From NCBI GenBank assembly GCA_027923505.1, contig BROI01000011.1:124001-188000 (forward strand): DNA of 64,000 bases, given 5' to 3'. Shown here one piece after another: positions 11,344-24,500 of the stretch (position 1 is the first letter of the stretch; each line of letters opens with the position of its first letter). Source of the stretch: Mayamaea pseudoterrestris. Taxonomy: Eukaryota. Below the pieces are notes generated by a model that was not told where the DNA came from, made no database searches, and saw only the letters and a program-made list of their open reading frames with translations. Made by a program: the position numbers and the translations under genes.

Positions 11344-14300
11344 ATGCCATTATCCAATATTCATTTCCTGTCGATAATGGTGACAGTCACTCTTGCTGCG
11401 TCGCTGTCGCTGCTACCGACTGCATCTTGCTTTACGTCCCATCCAGCAATTCACCATTCGCAAAGGAAGCATTTCGCTTCAAGTCAATTGCAAATGAGCA
11501 GTAACAAAAATAATCCATTCCAGTTTGAGCCGTCCCAAGACTTGGCGCGAGCGCTGGGCGTGGCGGATCCAGAACATCCGCATCCTCCCAGCGTTCCGCC
11601 GCCGGACGAGTTAATGATGACGACTACTAGTAGTCATATTTCAGCTGCTACTGAACATAATAATGTTGAAGGAGGAGGAGGAGTTCCATTCTTTGTGTTG
11701 AACCAAAATGATGTCGTCGCCGATTCAAACGATCACGACGAAACTAGCATGGAACATGAAGAGCACGACGACGAATTCATTCTCGACGTTTCGTCTCGCC
11801 GCGACGAGGACGACTCGTTCGCCTCGTGGACCGTCGTAAACTTAAAGGCCGAATGCCGACGACGCGGCCTGCCCGTCTCGGGCCGCAAGGCGCTACTGGT
11901 GGAGCGACTGGAAACGTCGCTGCAACAGCAAGTGACGCAAACGGTCGTTCCCTCCAGCACGAGCACGTCTACGGCAGCCACCAACGCGGCGTGGTCGCAG
12001 ATACTTGATCCGTGGATCAAGGCGCGACTGCAGCGCAACGTGCAGTCCGAAGCAATTCAGGGCGCCATTGTCGCCGGCACGGCCCTCACGGCGGTGGCCA
12101 GCAAGAGCGTTGCGGCGGCTGGTATTGTGGGCATTTTGGCAGCCTACACGGCCATTACGGAGGGACAGGCGGGGGAATGGACGCGGAACGTTGGTAAAGT
12201 GGTGTGGGATGCGGTAATGGCGGCCACGGAAGTGGCCAAACATGTCAAAAATGACGTGTCAGCAGCGCCCAAGCAGTCACTGCTGGGACAGTCGCTTTCG
12301 TTAATGGGAGATTTTGTCAACAAGACTATTAGTGGCGTTGAAAGTGGCATGGTGGCTGCGTCGCTGGCGCAGGAAGTGGAACATGCGCAAGAATCACGAG
12401 TGGAGCAGGGGCAGCTGGAGCGAAAGCAACAAGAGATGGAGACTGCGGAACAACAACGCTTAAAACAAGAACAGATGGAGCAGCAACGAGAGATGGAAAT
12501 TGCGGAACAGCAACGCTTAAAACAAGAACAAATGGAGCAAAAGCAACAAGAGATGGAAATTGCGGAACAGCATCGACTGGAGCAAGAGCAGTTGGAGAAA
12601 AAGCAGCGAGAGATGGAAATTGCGGAACAGCAACGACTGGAACAGGAACAATTGGAGAAAAAGCAACGAGAGACGGAAAGAGCCGAGCAACAACGCGTTA
12701 TGCAAGAACAGCTGGAGGAGAAGCAACGAGCTGAAGACGAGCGTAGGTCTGCTGAGATGAATGCTGCGATTTTGGCGACTCGAGCTCGACAAACTGCGTT
12801 TATGCGCAGCATGATGGTGCAGCGCTTTGCATACAATTCAGCAACTCGAACAAGACGCCAATTAGAAGCTGAAGAAGCGTCTCGATATGAAAGTCAAGCC
12901 AAGGAAGTAGCTCGACGCGAGGAGGCTGCTCGTATTGCCGAAGAAAACGATCGCTTTGAGCTCTCGCAAATGATTGAAGAGAGGACTCGCATGGAGGAAC
13001 AAGCCATGGCCGTTGCGGCAGAGGAAGCTTCGCGCATGGTCTCGGAAGCGGCACCGGAAATGGTGGACGAAAGCATTATTAGCGAAGAAGATTGGATGGA
13101 ATCTATTCGGGTTGCGCAAAAAAGTATAGAAGGCAAAATGGCTGGTTATCAAGACGTTGACGAAGAGTTGGATCAGGAAGAACTTGAAAGCTGGAACAAG
13201 GCGGAGCAGCTTGCCAAGCAACTGAGTCAAGAAACGGCGGAAGACGACTTGGATGATTTTGACTTGGATGACATTGACATGAGCACTGTTCGTGCTTCTG
13301 TCCAAAATTTTGATACGGTGCAAACTTCGGAGCCAAGTTTCGATGCGGCTGCGATAGATTCAACAGAGTGGGCGTCCCGAACCATTGCTGAACTTCGGAC
13401 TGAATGCAAAACTCGGGGATTGTTGACGTCTGGCAAAAAAGCCGATCTAATTGCCCGTTTGGAGCAACCTGTTGCCGACGACAAGTCTGCAGTTGACTAT
13501 GACGATGAGCTTAATGATTTCGATTTGGATAGCATTGATTTAAGTTTAGTTGGAGATGAAGCGCGAGCGGCAGTGGAAGAATACGAAAGAATGCGTGCGC
13601 CAGGGGCAGTCAATGGAGAGTTGGCGACTGCAGGAGTCAATGGTGATTTTGACGCACTCACCCTCGCGGAGCTGCGCGAGGAATGCTCTTTGCGAGGCCT
13701 CTCTTTGGACGGTAAGAAGGCAGACTTGATGGCGCGGCTACAATCTCCTCTTGTCGAGGATGAACTTGCGCTTGATGATGACGACAACGATCTTGACATT
13801 GACTTGGACGACTTTGACATAAGCTCCGTTGGCGACGCCGCCCGAGCGGCCGTTGAGGAGTATGAGCGCATGCGTGTGGTGAATGGCGCTACGAGAACAT
13901 TATCGACTGAACCATTGGAATGGGACATGCTCAGTTTGGCACAGCTCCGCGATGAGTGCCGAGACAGGGACCTGCCAACGAATGGAAAGAAAGTTGATCT
14001 TGTGGCGCGACTGGACGAGTTTGAATCTATTGGACTGTTTCCCAATGATGTGGATCGTTTGAATGATAGTGAGGTCTCGCTTGACTTGCCCACCATCGAC
14101 TGGAGTGAATTTTCCGTTAAGGAACTGCAACAAGAGTTACAGGATCGCAACCTGCCTACCACCGGGAAAAAGGCAGAACTTGTTGCCGCACTCGAAGCAT
14201 ATTCGTTAACAGAAAGCTACGTCGACGAAACAGACTTGGACGACGATTTGGAAGAGCTGGCTCTGCGATATGGAAGTGCTGCCAAGGCCAATGCAGAAGA

Positions 14301-14649
14301 AGATGACAGCGACGTGGCCGATGACGATCTTGAACTAGATTTTGACTCGATTGATCTGGATGCCATGGGCCAAGCCGCTCGACAAGCTGTCGATCTGTAC
14401 AGTATGGATCAGGTTGACGAGCCTTCAGACGAAGACTTGTGGGAGATTGAGGCCATGAACCTTCCCGATGCATTAATTGCTCCAGCAAGTACGAATATCG
14501 CCGTGGCTCCGTCCCTTGGCGATCCAATGTTTTACGCGAAAATGACCGTCACTGAGCTCAAGGACGAGCTTCGCGAGCGAGGTCTTGCCGTCACTGGCAA
14601 AAAGACGGAATTGATTGAGCGATTAATGATGTCGGACGTTGGTCGATAG
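11344..14649 (+). CDS. Multi-SAP-domain protein (6 SAP motifs) with probable bipartite plastid leader and coiled coil
   Basis: Six motifs of type TVxELKxECRxRGLPxSGKKAxLVxRL; signal peptide ending ASC-F; E/Q-rich repeat; acidic linkers. Start codon uncertain. Confidence 0.85.
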   Translation: MPLSNIHFLSIMVTVTLAASLSLLPTASCFTSHPAIHHSQRKHFASSQLQMSSNKNNPFQFEPSQDLARALGVADPEHPHPPSVPPPDELMMTTTSSHISAATEHNNVEGGGGVPFFVLNQNDVVADSNDHDETSMEHEEHDDEFILDVSSRRDEDDSFASWTVVNLKAECRRRGLPVSGRKALLVERLETSLQQQVTQTVVPSSTSTSTAATNAAWSQILDPWIKARLQRNVQSEAIQGAIVAGTALTAVASKSVAAAGIVGILAAYTAITEGQAGEWTRNVGKVVWDAVMAATEVAKHVKNDVSAAPKQSLLGQSLSLMGDFVNKTISGVESGMVAASLAQEVEHAQESRVEQGQLERKQQEMETAEQQRLKQEQMEQQREMEIAEQQRLKQEQMEQKQQEMEIAEQHRLEQEQLEKKQREMEIAEQQRLEQEQLEKKQRETERAEQQRVMQEQLEEKQRAEDERRSAEMNAAILATRARQTAFMRSMMVQRFAYNSATRTRRQLEAEEASRYESQAKEVARREEAARIAEENDRFELSQMIEERTRMEEQAMAVAAEEASRMVSEAAPEMVDESIISEEDWMESIRVAQKSIEGKMAGYQDVDEELDQEELESWNKAEQLAKQLSQETAEDDLDDFDLDDIDMSTVRASVQNFDTVQTSEPSFDAAAIDSTEWASRTIAELRTECKTRGLLTSGKKADLIARLEQPVADDKSAVDYDDELNDFDLDSIDLSLVGDEARAAVEEYERMRAPGAVNGELATAGVNGDFDALTLAELREECSLRGLSLDGKKADLMARLQSPLVEDELALDDDDNDLDIDLDDFDISSVGDAARAAVEEYERMRVVNGATRTLSTEPLEWDMLSLAQLRDECRDRDLPTNGKKVDLVARLDEFESIGLFPNDVDRLNDSEVSLDLPTIDWSEFSVKELQQELQDRNLPTTGKKAELVAALEAYSLTESYVDETDLDDDLEELALRYGSAAKANAEEDDSDVADDDLELDFDSIDLDAMGQAARQAVDLYSMDQVDEPSDEDLWEIEAMNLPDALIAPASTNIAVAPSLGDPMFYAKMTVTELKDELRERGLAVTGKKTELIERLMMSDVGR
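12409..12730 (+). repeat. Coding minisatellite, ~60-bp unit (QLEKKQREMEIAEQQRLEQE) x ~5
   Basis: Visible in both the DNA and the translation. Confidence 0.9.
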
Positions 14650-15180
14650 TGGTTGACAAGCTGACGAAGCAACACCCAGTCGTTGACAGACAGCGTCGCA
14701 AGCGCGCAAAGCGGCACACTTTACAAGTTACTTCGTGCTATCCCTACATACATATGCTATAGTGTAATCAATGTTTCTTATCAAGCCAAAATATTCAGTA
14801 GCTGCGACGGAGGAACGCGGCCAATAAGTAGATATGAGCAACTGTAAATTGGTTTGGTCAGTCCCTAATTCTGCTACTTGTATAATTGATAGCGCAATGG
14901 TCGAAACATGTAAACAAGCATGTTGTTTAACAATTAGAAAGCAGAGTGCAGAGCCTCAATGTAGAAGCATGACTTGAGCAACAATTCTCACGCACATGTT
15001 ACATAAAACGGATACACGATTACTGCATTGACCAGTAGGACTGCAGCTGGAGACGCGCGCGCGTAGGAAGGCTTGTCAGCATTGAGTACATCACATCTCA
15101 AGCTTTAGTAAACCAGAGTGCCTTGCATGCGCGAGGTCGTTTCGTCGAACTTGCATGCATCATCATATATTCACTGTCCG

Positions 15181-15590
15181 TTATTCGCTTAACGACCCTC
15201 GCAATCGATCTTGTTTGGAAATTACTGCATCATCTACATCAGGATCCATGTCTGTCAAGTTCTCAAAGTCCAAGTATTCGTAATGCTGGAGTGGGTGCGA
15301 CTCGTCAAAGCCATTCTGAACGTGCTTGACGCGATTCTGAACCCATGCCAGTTCCTTTTGCAGTATGATCTCGTCCGTCAAGTGAGCCGTTGTTGAATAA
15401 CATTCCAGTATCATCATTACAATCAATATTCTTGTTATTTTTACCGTTGTCATTGTTTGCAACTAGACTAATGTGATTATGAAGCAAGAGTTCGATCTGG
15501 CTCTCCGTTTCAGCAAGATCTTCTTCCGCGCGCGTGAATGTAGCTTTTCAGTCGCGCTTGCCCGCAATCACAAGATCGCCAGGGATCATC
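15181..15590 (-). pseudogene. Disrupted coding-like fragment abutting the left end of the 169-bp array
   Basis: Protein-like segments KATFTRAEEDLAETESQIELLL and TDEIILQKELAWVQNRVKHVQNG lie in different frames with a stop; no family recognised. Confidence 0.3.
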
Positions 15591-15591
15591 T

Positions 15592-18500
15592 ACTGCGGGC
15601 TGAGACTGGGGATAAGGTCTCATTGCAGTCAACTGAGACCAGCCAGGCATACCATCTTGTAGCACAGCTTAAAGTAATGATGTTGGCACCATTCTGTTGT
15701 AATTTGGGTGTATCCATGACTTCTAAAGAAAAGCATACCATCTTATTACGCAGCCTCAACAATGATGTTGGCATCATTCTGGTGTGATTTGGGTGTACAC
15801 ATGGCTTGCTGTATGGGCGTTTGAATGTCATGGCATCTGCGGGCTGAGACTGGTGACAAGTTGTCACCAATCACATTGCAGTCTTCTAAGACCCCAGCCA
15901 AGCATACCATCTTATTGCGCAGCCTGAATAATGATGTTGGCATCATTCTGGTGTGATTTGGGTGTACACATCACATGCTGTAGGGGCGTTTGAATGTCAA
16001 GGCATCTGCGGGCTGAGACTGGTGACAAGTTGTCACCAATATGATTGCAGTCTTCTGAGACACCATCCAAGCATACCAGCTTGTAGAGCAGCCTGAATAA
16101 TGATGTTGGCATCATTTTGGTGTGATTTGGGTGTATGCATGGCATGCTGTAGGGGCGTTTGAATATTAAGGCATCTGCGGGCTGAGACTGGTGACAAGTT
16201 GTCACCAATATCATTGCAGTCTACTGAGATCCCAGCCAAGCATACCATCTTGTAGCGCAGCCTGAATAATGATGTTGGCATCATTCTGGTGTGATTTGGG
16301 TGTATACATGGCTTGCTGTAGGGGCGTTTGAATGTCAAGGCATCTGCAGGCTCAGACTGGTGACAAGTTGTCACCAATATGATTGCAGTCTACTGAGACC
16401 CCAGCCAAGCATACCATCTTGTAGCGCAGCCTGAATAATGATGTTGGCATCATTCTGGTGTGATTTGGGTGTGCACATGGCTTGCTGTAGGGGCGTTTGA
16501 ATGTCATGGCATCTGCGGGCTGAGACTGGTGACAAGTTGTCACCAATCACATTGCAGTCTACTGAGACACCATCCTAGCATACCAGATTGTAGCGCAGCC
16601 TGAATAATGATGTTGGTATCATTCTGGTGTATTTGGGTGTATGCATGGCTTGCTGTAGGGGCGTTTGAATGTCAAGGCATCTGCAGGCTGAGACTGGTGA
16701 CAAGTTGTCACCAATCACATTGCAGTCTACTGAGACACCATCCAAGCATACCAGCTTGTAGCGCAGCCTGAATAATGATGTTGGCATCATTCTGGTGTGA
16801 TTTGGGTGTATACATGGCTTGCTGTAGGGGCGTTTGAATGTCAAGGCATCTGCAGGCTTAGACTGGCGACAAGTTGTCACCAATATGATTGCAGTCTTCT
16901 GAGACCCCAACCAAGCATACCATCTTATTGCGCAGCCTGAATAACGATGTTGGCATCATTCTGGTGTGATTTGGGTGAACACATGGCTTGCTGTAGGGGC
17001 GTTTGAATGTCATGGCATCTGCGGGCTGAGACTGGTGTCAAGTTGTCACCAATATGATTGCAGTCTACTGAGACACCATCCAAGCATACCAGCTTGTAGC
17101 GCAGCCTGAATAATGATGTTGGCAGCATTCTGGTGTGATTTGGGTGTATACATGGCTTGCTGTAGGGGCGTTTGAATGTCAAGGCTGCATCTGCAGGCTC
17201 AGACTGGTGTCAAGATGTCATTAATATGATTGCAGTCTTCTGAGACCCCAGCCAAGCATACCATCTTGTAGCGCAGCCTGAATAATGATGTTGGCATCAT
17301 TCTGGTGTGATTTGGGTGTATACATGGCTTGCTGTAGGGGCGTTTGAATGTCATGGCATCTGCGGGCTGAGACTGGTGACAAGTTGTCACCAATCACATT
17401 GCAGTCTTCTGAGACCCCAGCCAAGCATACCATCTTATTGCGCAGCCTGAATAATGATGTTGGCATCATTCTGGTGTGATTTGGGTGTACACATGGCTTG
17501 CTGTAGGGGCGTTTGAATGTCAAGGCATCTGCGGGCTGAGACTGGTGACAAGTTGTCACCAATCACATTGCAGTCTACTGAGACACCATCCAAGCATACC
17601 AGCTTGTAGAGCAGCCTGAATAATGATGTTGGCATCATTCTGGTGTGATTTGGGTGTATACATGGCTTGCTGTAGGGGCGTTTGAATGTCAAGGCATCTG
17701 CGGGCTGAGACTGGTGACAAGTTGTCACCAATCACATTGCAGTCTACTGAGACCCCAGCCAAGCATACCATCTTGTAGCGCAGCCTGAATAATGATGTTG
17801 GCATCATTCTGGTGTGATTTGGGTGTATGCATGGCTTGCTGTAGGGGCGTTTGAATGTCAAGGCATCTGCGGGCTGAGACTGGTGACAAGTTGTCACCAA
17901 TCACATTGCAGTCTACTGAGACACCATCCAAGCATACCAGCTTGTAGCGCAGCCTGAATAATGATGTTGGCATCATTCTGGTGTGATTTGGGTGTATACA
18001 TGGCTTGCTGTAGGGGCGTTTGAATGTCAAGGCATCTGCAGGCTGAGACTGGTGACAAGTTGTCACCAATCACATTGCAGTCTACTGAGACACCATCCAA
18101 GCATACCAGCTTGTAGCGCAGCCTGAATAATGATGTTGGCATCATTCTGGTGTGATTTGGGTGTATACATGGCTTGCTGTAGGGGCGTTTGAATGTCAAG
18201 GCATCTGCAGGCTGAGACTGGTGACAAGTTGTCACCAATATCATTGCAGTCTTCTGAGACCCCAGCCAAGCATACCATCTTGTAGCGCAGCCTGAATAAT
18301 GATGTTGGCATCATTCTGGTGTGATTTGGGTGTACACATGGCTTGCTGTAGGGGCGTTTGAATGTCATGGCATCTGCAGGCTGAGACTGGTGACAAGTTG
18401 TCACCAATCACATTGCAGTCTACTGAGACACCAGCCAAGCATACCAGCTTGTAGCGCAGCCTGAATAATGATGTTGGCATCATTCTGGTGTGATTTGGGT

Positions 18501-21500
18501 GTATACATGGCTTGCTGTAGGGGCGTTTGAATGTCAAGGCATCTGCGGGCTGAGACTGGTGACAAGTTGTCACCAATCACATTGCAGTCTACTGAGACAC
18601 CATCCAAGCATACCAGCTTGTAGCGCAGCCTGAATAATGATGTTGGCATCATTCTGGTGTGATTTGGGTGTATACATGGCTTGCTGTAGGGGCGTTTGAA
18701 TGTCAAGGCATCTGCGGGCTGAGACTGGTGACAAGTTGTCACCAATATCATTGCAGTCTTCTGAGACCCCAGCCAAGCATACCAGCTTGTAGAGCAGCCT
18801 GAATAATGATGTTGGCATCATTCTGGTGTGATTTGGGTGTATACATGGCTTGCTGTAGGGGCGTTTGAATGTCAAGGCATCTGCGGGCTGAGACTGGTGA
18901 CAAGTTGTCACCAATATCATTGCAGTCTTCTGAGACACCAGCCAACCATACCAGCTTGTAGCGCAGCCTGAATAATGATGTTGGCATCATTCTGGTGTGA
19001 TTTGGGTGTATACATGGCTTGCTGTAGGGGCGTTTGAATGTCAAGGCTGCATCTGCAGGCTGAGACTGGTGTCAAGTTGTCACCAATATGATTGCAGTCT
19101 TCTGAGACCCCAGCCAAGCATACCATCTTGTTGCGCAGCCTGAATAATGATGTTGGCATCATTCTGGTGTGATTTGGGTGTATACATGGCTTGCTGTAGG
19201 GGCGTTTGAATGTCAAGGCATCTGCGGGCTGAGACTGGTGACAAGTTGTCACCAATATGATTGCAGTCTTCTGAGACCCCAGCCAAGCATACCATCTTGT
19301 TGCGCAGCCTGAATAATGATGTTGGCATCATTCTGGTGTGATTTGGGTGTATACATGGCTTGCTGTAGGGGCGTTTGAATGTCATGGCATCTGCGGGCTG
19401 AGACTGGTGACAAGTTGTCACCAATATCATTGCAGTCTTCTGAGACACCATCCAAGCATACCATCTTGTTGCGCAGCCTGAATAATGATGTTGGCATCAT
19501 TCTGGTGTGATTTGGGTGTATACATGGCTTGCTGTAGGGGCGTTTGAATGTCAAGGCATCTGCGGGCTGAGACTGGTGACAAGTTGTCACCAATAATATT
19601 GCAGTCTTCTGAGACCCCGCCCAAGCATACCATCTTGTAGAGCAGCCTGAATAATGATGTTGGCATCATTCTGGTGTGATTTGGGTGTATACATGGCTTG
19701 CTGTAGGGGCGTTTGAATGTCAAGGCATCTGCGGGCTGAGACTGGTGACAAGTTGTCACCAATATCATTGCAGTCTACTGAGACCCCAGCCAAGCATACC
19801 AGCTTGTAGCGCAGCCTGAATAATGATGTTGGCATCATTCTGGTGTGATTTGGGTGTATACATGGCTTGCTGTAGGGGCGTTTGAATGTCAAGGCATCTG
19901 CGGGCTGAGACTGGTGACAAGTTGTCACCAATATCATTGCAGTCTACTGAGACACACCCTAGCCATGCATACCAGCTTGTAGCGCAGCCTGAATAATGAT
20001 GTTGGCATCATTCTGGTGTGATTTGGGTGTATACATGGCTTGCTGTAGGGGCGTTTGAATGTCAAGGCATCTGCAGGCTGAGACTGGTGACAAGTTGTCA
20101 CCAATATCATTGCAGTCTACTGAGACACCATCCAAGCATACCAGCTTGTAGCGCAGCCTGAATAATGATGTTGGCATCATTCTGGTGTGATTTGGGTGTA
20201 TACATGGCTTGCTGTAGGGGCGTTTGAATGTCAAGGCATCTGCGGGCTGAGACTGGTGACAAGTTGTCACCAATATGATTGCAGTCTTCTGAGACCCCAG
20301 CCAAGCATACCAGCTTGTAGCGCAGCCTGAATAATGATGTTGGCATCATTCTGGTGTGATTTGGGTGTATACATGGCTTGCTGTAGGGGCGTTTGAATGT
20401 CAAGGCATCTGCGGGCTGAGACTGGTGACAAGTTGTCACCAATATCATTGCAGTCTTCTGAGACCCCAGCCAAGCATACCAGCTTGTAGCGCAGCCTGAA
20501 TAATGATGTTGGCATCATTCTGGTGTGATTTGGGTGTATACATGGCTTGCTGTAGGGGCGTTTGAATGTCAAGGCATCTGCAGGCTGAGACTGGTGACAA
20601 GTTGTCACCAATATCATTGCAGTCTACTGAGACACCATCCAAGCATACCATCTTGTAGCGCAGCCTGAATAATGATGTTGGCATCATTCTGGTGTGATTT
20701 GGGTGTATACATGGCTTGCTGTAGGGGCGTTTGAATGTCAACGCATCTGCAGGCTGAGACTGGTGACAAGTTGTCACCAATATCATTGCAGTCTTCTGAG
20801 ACCCCAGCCAAGCATACCATCTTGTAGCGCAGCCTGAATAATGATGTTGGCATCATTCTGGTGTGATTTGGGTGTATACATGGCTTGCTGTAGGGGCGTT
20901 TGAATGTCAAGGCATCTGCGGGCTGAGACTGGTGACAAGTTGTCACCAATATCATGGCAGTCTACTCAGACCCCAGCCAAGCATACCATCTTATTACGCA
21001 GCCTCAACAATGATGTTGGCATCATTCTGGTGTGATTTGGGTGTACACATGGCTTGCTGTATGGGCGTTTGAATGTCATGGCATCTGCGGGCTGAGACTG
21101 GTGACAAGTTGTCACCAATCACATTGCAGTCTTCTAAGACCCCAGCCAAGCATACCATCTTATTGCGCAGCCTGAATAATGATGTTGGCATCATTCTGGT
21201 GTGATTTGGGTGTACACATCACATGCTGTAGGGGCGTTTGAATGTCAAGGCATCTGCGGGCTGAGACTGGTGACAAGTTGTCACCAATATGATTGCAGTC
21301 TTCTGAGACACCATCCAAGCATACCAGCTTGTAGAGCAGCCTGAATAATGATGTTGGCATCATTTTGGTGTGATTTGGGTGTATGCATGGCATGCTGTAG
21401 GGGCGTTTGAATATTAAGGCATCTGCGGGCTGAGACTGGTGACAAGTTGTCACCAATATCATTGCAGTCTACTGAGATCCCAGCCAAGCATACCATCTTG

Positions 21501-24500
21501 TAGCGCAGCCTGAATAATGATGTTGGCATCATTCTGGTGTGATTTGGGTGTATACATGGCTTGCTGTAGGGGCGTTTGAATGTCAAGGCATCTGCAGGCT
21601 CAGACTGGTGACAAGTTGTCACCAATATGATTGCAGTCTACTGAGACCCCAGCCAAGCATACCATCTTGTAGCGCAGCCTGAATAATGATGTTGGCATCA
21701 TTCTGGTGTGATTTGGGTGTGCACATGGCTTGCTGTAGGGGCGTTTGAATGTCATGGCATCTGCGGGCTGAGACTGGTGACAAGTTGTCACCAATCACAT
21801 TGCAGTCTACTGAGACACCATCCTAGCATACCAGATTGTAGCGCAGCCTGAATAATGATGTTGGTATCATTCTGGTGTATTTGGGTGTATGCATGGCTTG
21901 CTGTAGGGGCGTTTGAATGTCAAGGCATCTGCAGGCTGAGACTGGTGACAAGTTGTCACCAATCACATTGCAGTCTACTGAGACACCATCCAAGCATACC
22001 AGCTTGTAGCGCAGCCTGAATAATGATGTTGGCATCATTCTGGTGTGATTTGGGTGTATACATGGCTTGCTGTAGGGGCGTTTGAATGTCAAGGCATCTG
22101 CAGGCTTAGACTGGCGACAAGTTGTCACCAATATGATTGCAGTCTTCTGAGACCCCAACCAAGCATACCATCTTATTGCGCAGCCTGAATAACGATGTTG
22201 GCATCATTCTGGTGTGATTTGGGTGAACACATGGCTTGCTGTAGGGGCGTTTGAATGTCATGGCATCTGCGGGCTGAGACTGGTGTCAAGTTGTCACCAA
22301 TATGATTGCAGTCTACTGAGACACCATCCAAGCATACCAGCTTGTAGCGCAGCCTGAATAATGATGTTGGCAGCATTCTGGTGTGATTTGGGTGTATACA
22401 TGGCTTGCTGTAGGGGCGTTTGAATGTCAAGGCTGCATCTGCAGGCTCAGACTGGTGTCAAGATGTCATTAATATGATTGCAGTCTTCTGAGACCCCAGC
22501 CAAGCATACCATCTTGTAGCGCAGCCTGAATAATGATGTTGGCATCATTCTGGTGTGATTTGGGTGTATACATGGCTTGCTGTAGGGGCGTTTGAATGTC
22601 ATGGCATCTGCGGGCTGAGACTGGTGACAAGTTGTCACCAATCACATTGCAGTCTTCTGAGACCCCAGCCAAGCATACCATCTTATTGCGCAGCCTGAAT
22701 AATGATGTTGGCATCATTCTGGTGTGATTTGGGTGTACACATGGCTTGCTGTAGGGGCGTTTGAATGTCAAGGCATCTGCGGGCTGAGACTGGTGACAAG
22801 TTGTCACCAATCACATTGCAGTCTACTGAGACACCATCCAAGCATACCAGCTTGTAGAGCAGCCTGAATAATGATGTTGGCATCATTCTGGTGTGATTTG
22901 GGTGTATACATGGCTTGCTGTAGGGGCGTTTGAATGTCAAGGCATCTGCGGGCTGAGACTGGTGACAAGTTGTCACCAATCACATTGCAGTCTACTGAGA
23001 CCCCAGCCAAGCATACCATCTTGTAGCGCAGCCTGAATAATGATGTTGGCATCATTCTGGTGTGATTTGGGTGTATGCATGGCTTGCTGTAGGGGCGTTT
23101 GAATGTCAAGGCATCTGCGGGCTGAGACTGGTGACAAGTTGTCACCAATCACATTGCAGTCTACTGAGACACCATCCAAGCATACCAGCTTGTAGCGCAG
23201 CCTGAATAATGATGTTGGCATCATTCTGGTGTGATTTGGGTGTATACATGGCTTGCTGTAGGGGCGTTTGAATGTCAAGGCATCTGCAGGCTGAGACTGG
23301 TGACAAGTTGTCACCAATCACATTGCAGTCTACTGAGACACCATCCAAGCATACCAGCTTGTAGCGCAGCCTGAATAATGATGTTGGCATCATTCTGGTG
23401 TGATTTGGGTGTATACATGGCTTGCTGTAGGGGCGTTTGAATGTCAAGGCATCTGCAGGCTGAGACTGGTGACAAGTTGTCACCAATATCATTGCAGTCT
23501 TCTGAGACCCCAGCCAAGCATACCATCTTGTAGCGCAGCCTGAATAATGATGTTGGCATCATTCTGGTGTGATTTGGGTGTACACATGGCTTGCTGTAGG
23601 GGCGTTTGAATGTCATGGCATCTGCAGGCTGAGACTGGTGACAAGTTGTCACCAATCACATTGCAGTCTACTGAGACACCAGCCAAGCATACCAGCTTGT
23701 AGCGCAGCCTGAATAATGATGTTGGCATCATTCTGGTGTGATTTGGGTGTATACATGGCTTGCTGTAGGGGCGTTTGAATGTCAAGGCATCTGCGGGCTG
23801 AGACTGGTGACAAGTTGTCACCAATCACATTGCAGTCTACTGAGACACCATCCAAGCATACCAGCTTGTAGCGCAGCCTGAATAATGATGTTGGCATCAT
23901 TCTGGTGTGATTTGGGTGTATACATGGCTTGCTGTAGGGGCGTTTGAATGTCAAGGCATCTGCGGGCTGAGACTGGTGACAAGTTGTCACCAATATCATT
24001 GCAGTCTTCTGAGACCCCAGCCAAGCATACCAGCTTGTAGAGCAGCCTGAATAATGATGTTGGCATCATTCTGGTGTGATTTGGGTGTATACATGGCTTG
24101 CTGTAGGGGCGTTTGAATGTCAAGGCATCTGCGGGCTGAGACTGGTGACAAGTTGTCACCAATATCATTGCAGTCTTCTGAGACACCAGCCAACCATACC
24201 AGCTTGTAGCGCAGCCTGAATAATGATGTTGGCATCATTCTGGTGTGATTTGGGTGTATACATGGCTTGCTGTAGGGGCGTTTGAATGTCAAGGCTGCAT
24301 CTGCAGGCTGAGACTGGTGTCAAGTTGTCACCAATATGATTGCAGTCTTCTGAGACCCCAGCCAAGCATACCATCTTGTTGCGCAGCCTGAATAATGATG
24401 TTGGCATCATTCTGGTGTGATTTGGGTGTATACATGGCTTGCTGTAGGGGCGTTTGAATGTCAAGGCATCTGCGGGCTGAGACTGGTGACAAGTTGTCAC

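Noticed and set aside
12144..14162. Long antisense ORFs inside the SAP gene, and similar ones opposite other genes
   Set aside because: Shadow ORFs of strongly biased coding strands.
15780..15800. GGTGTGATTTGGGTGT as a telomere-like repeat
   Set aside because: Single motif per monomer with no short tandem TTAGGG-type run.
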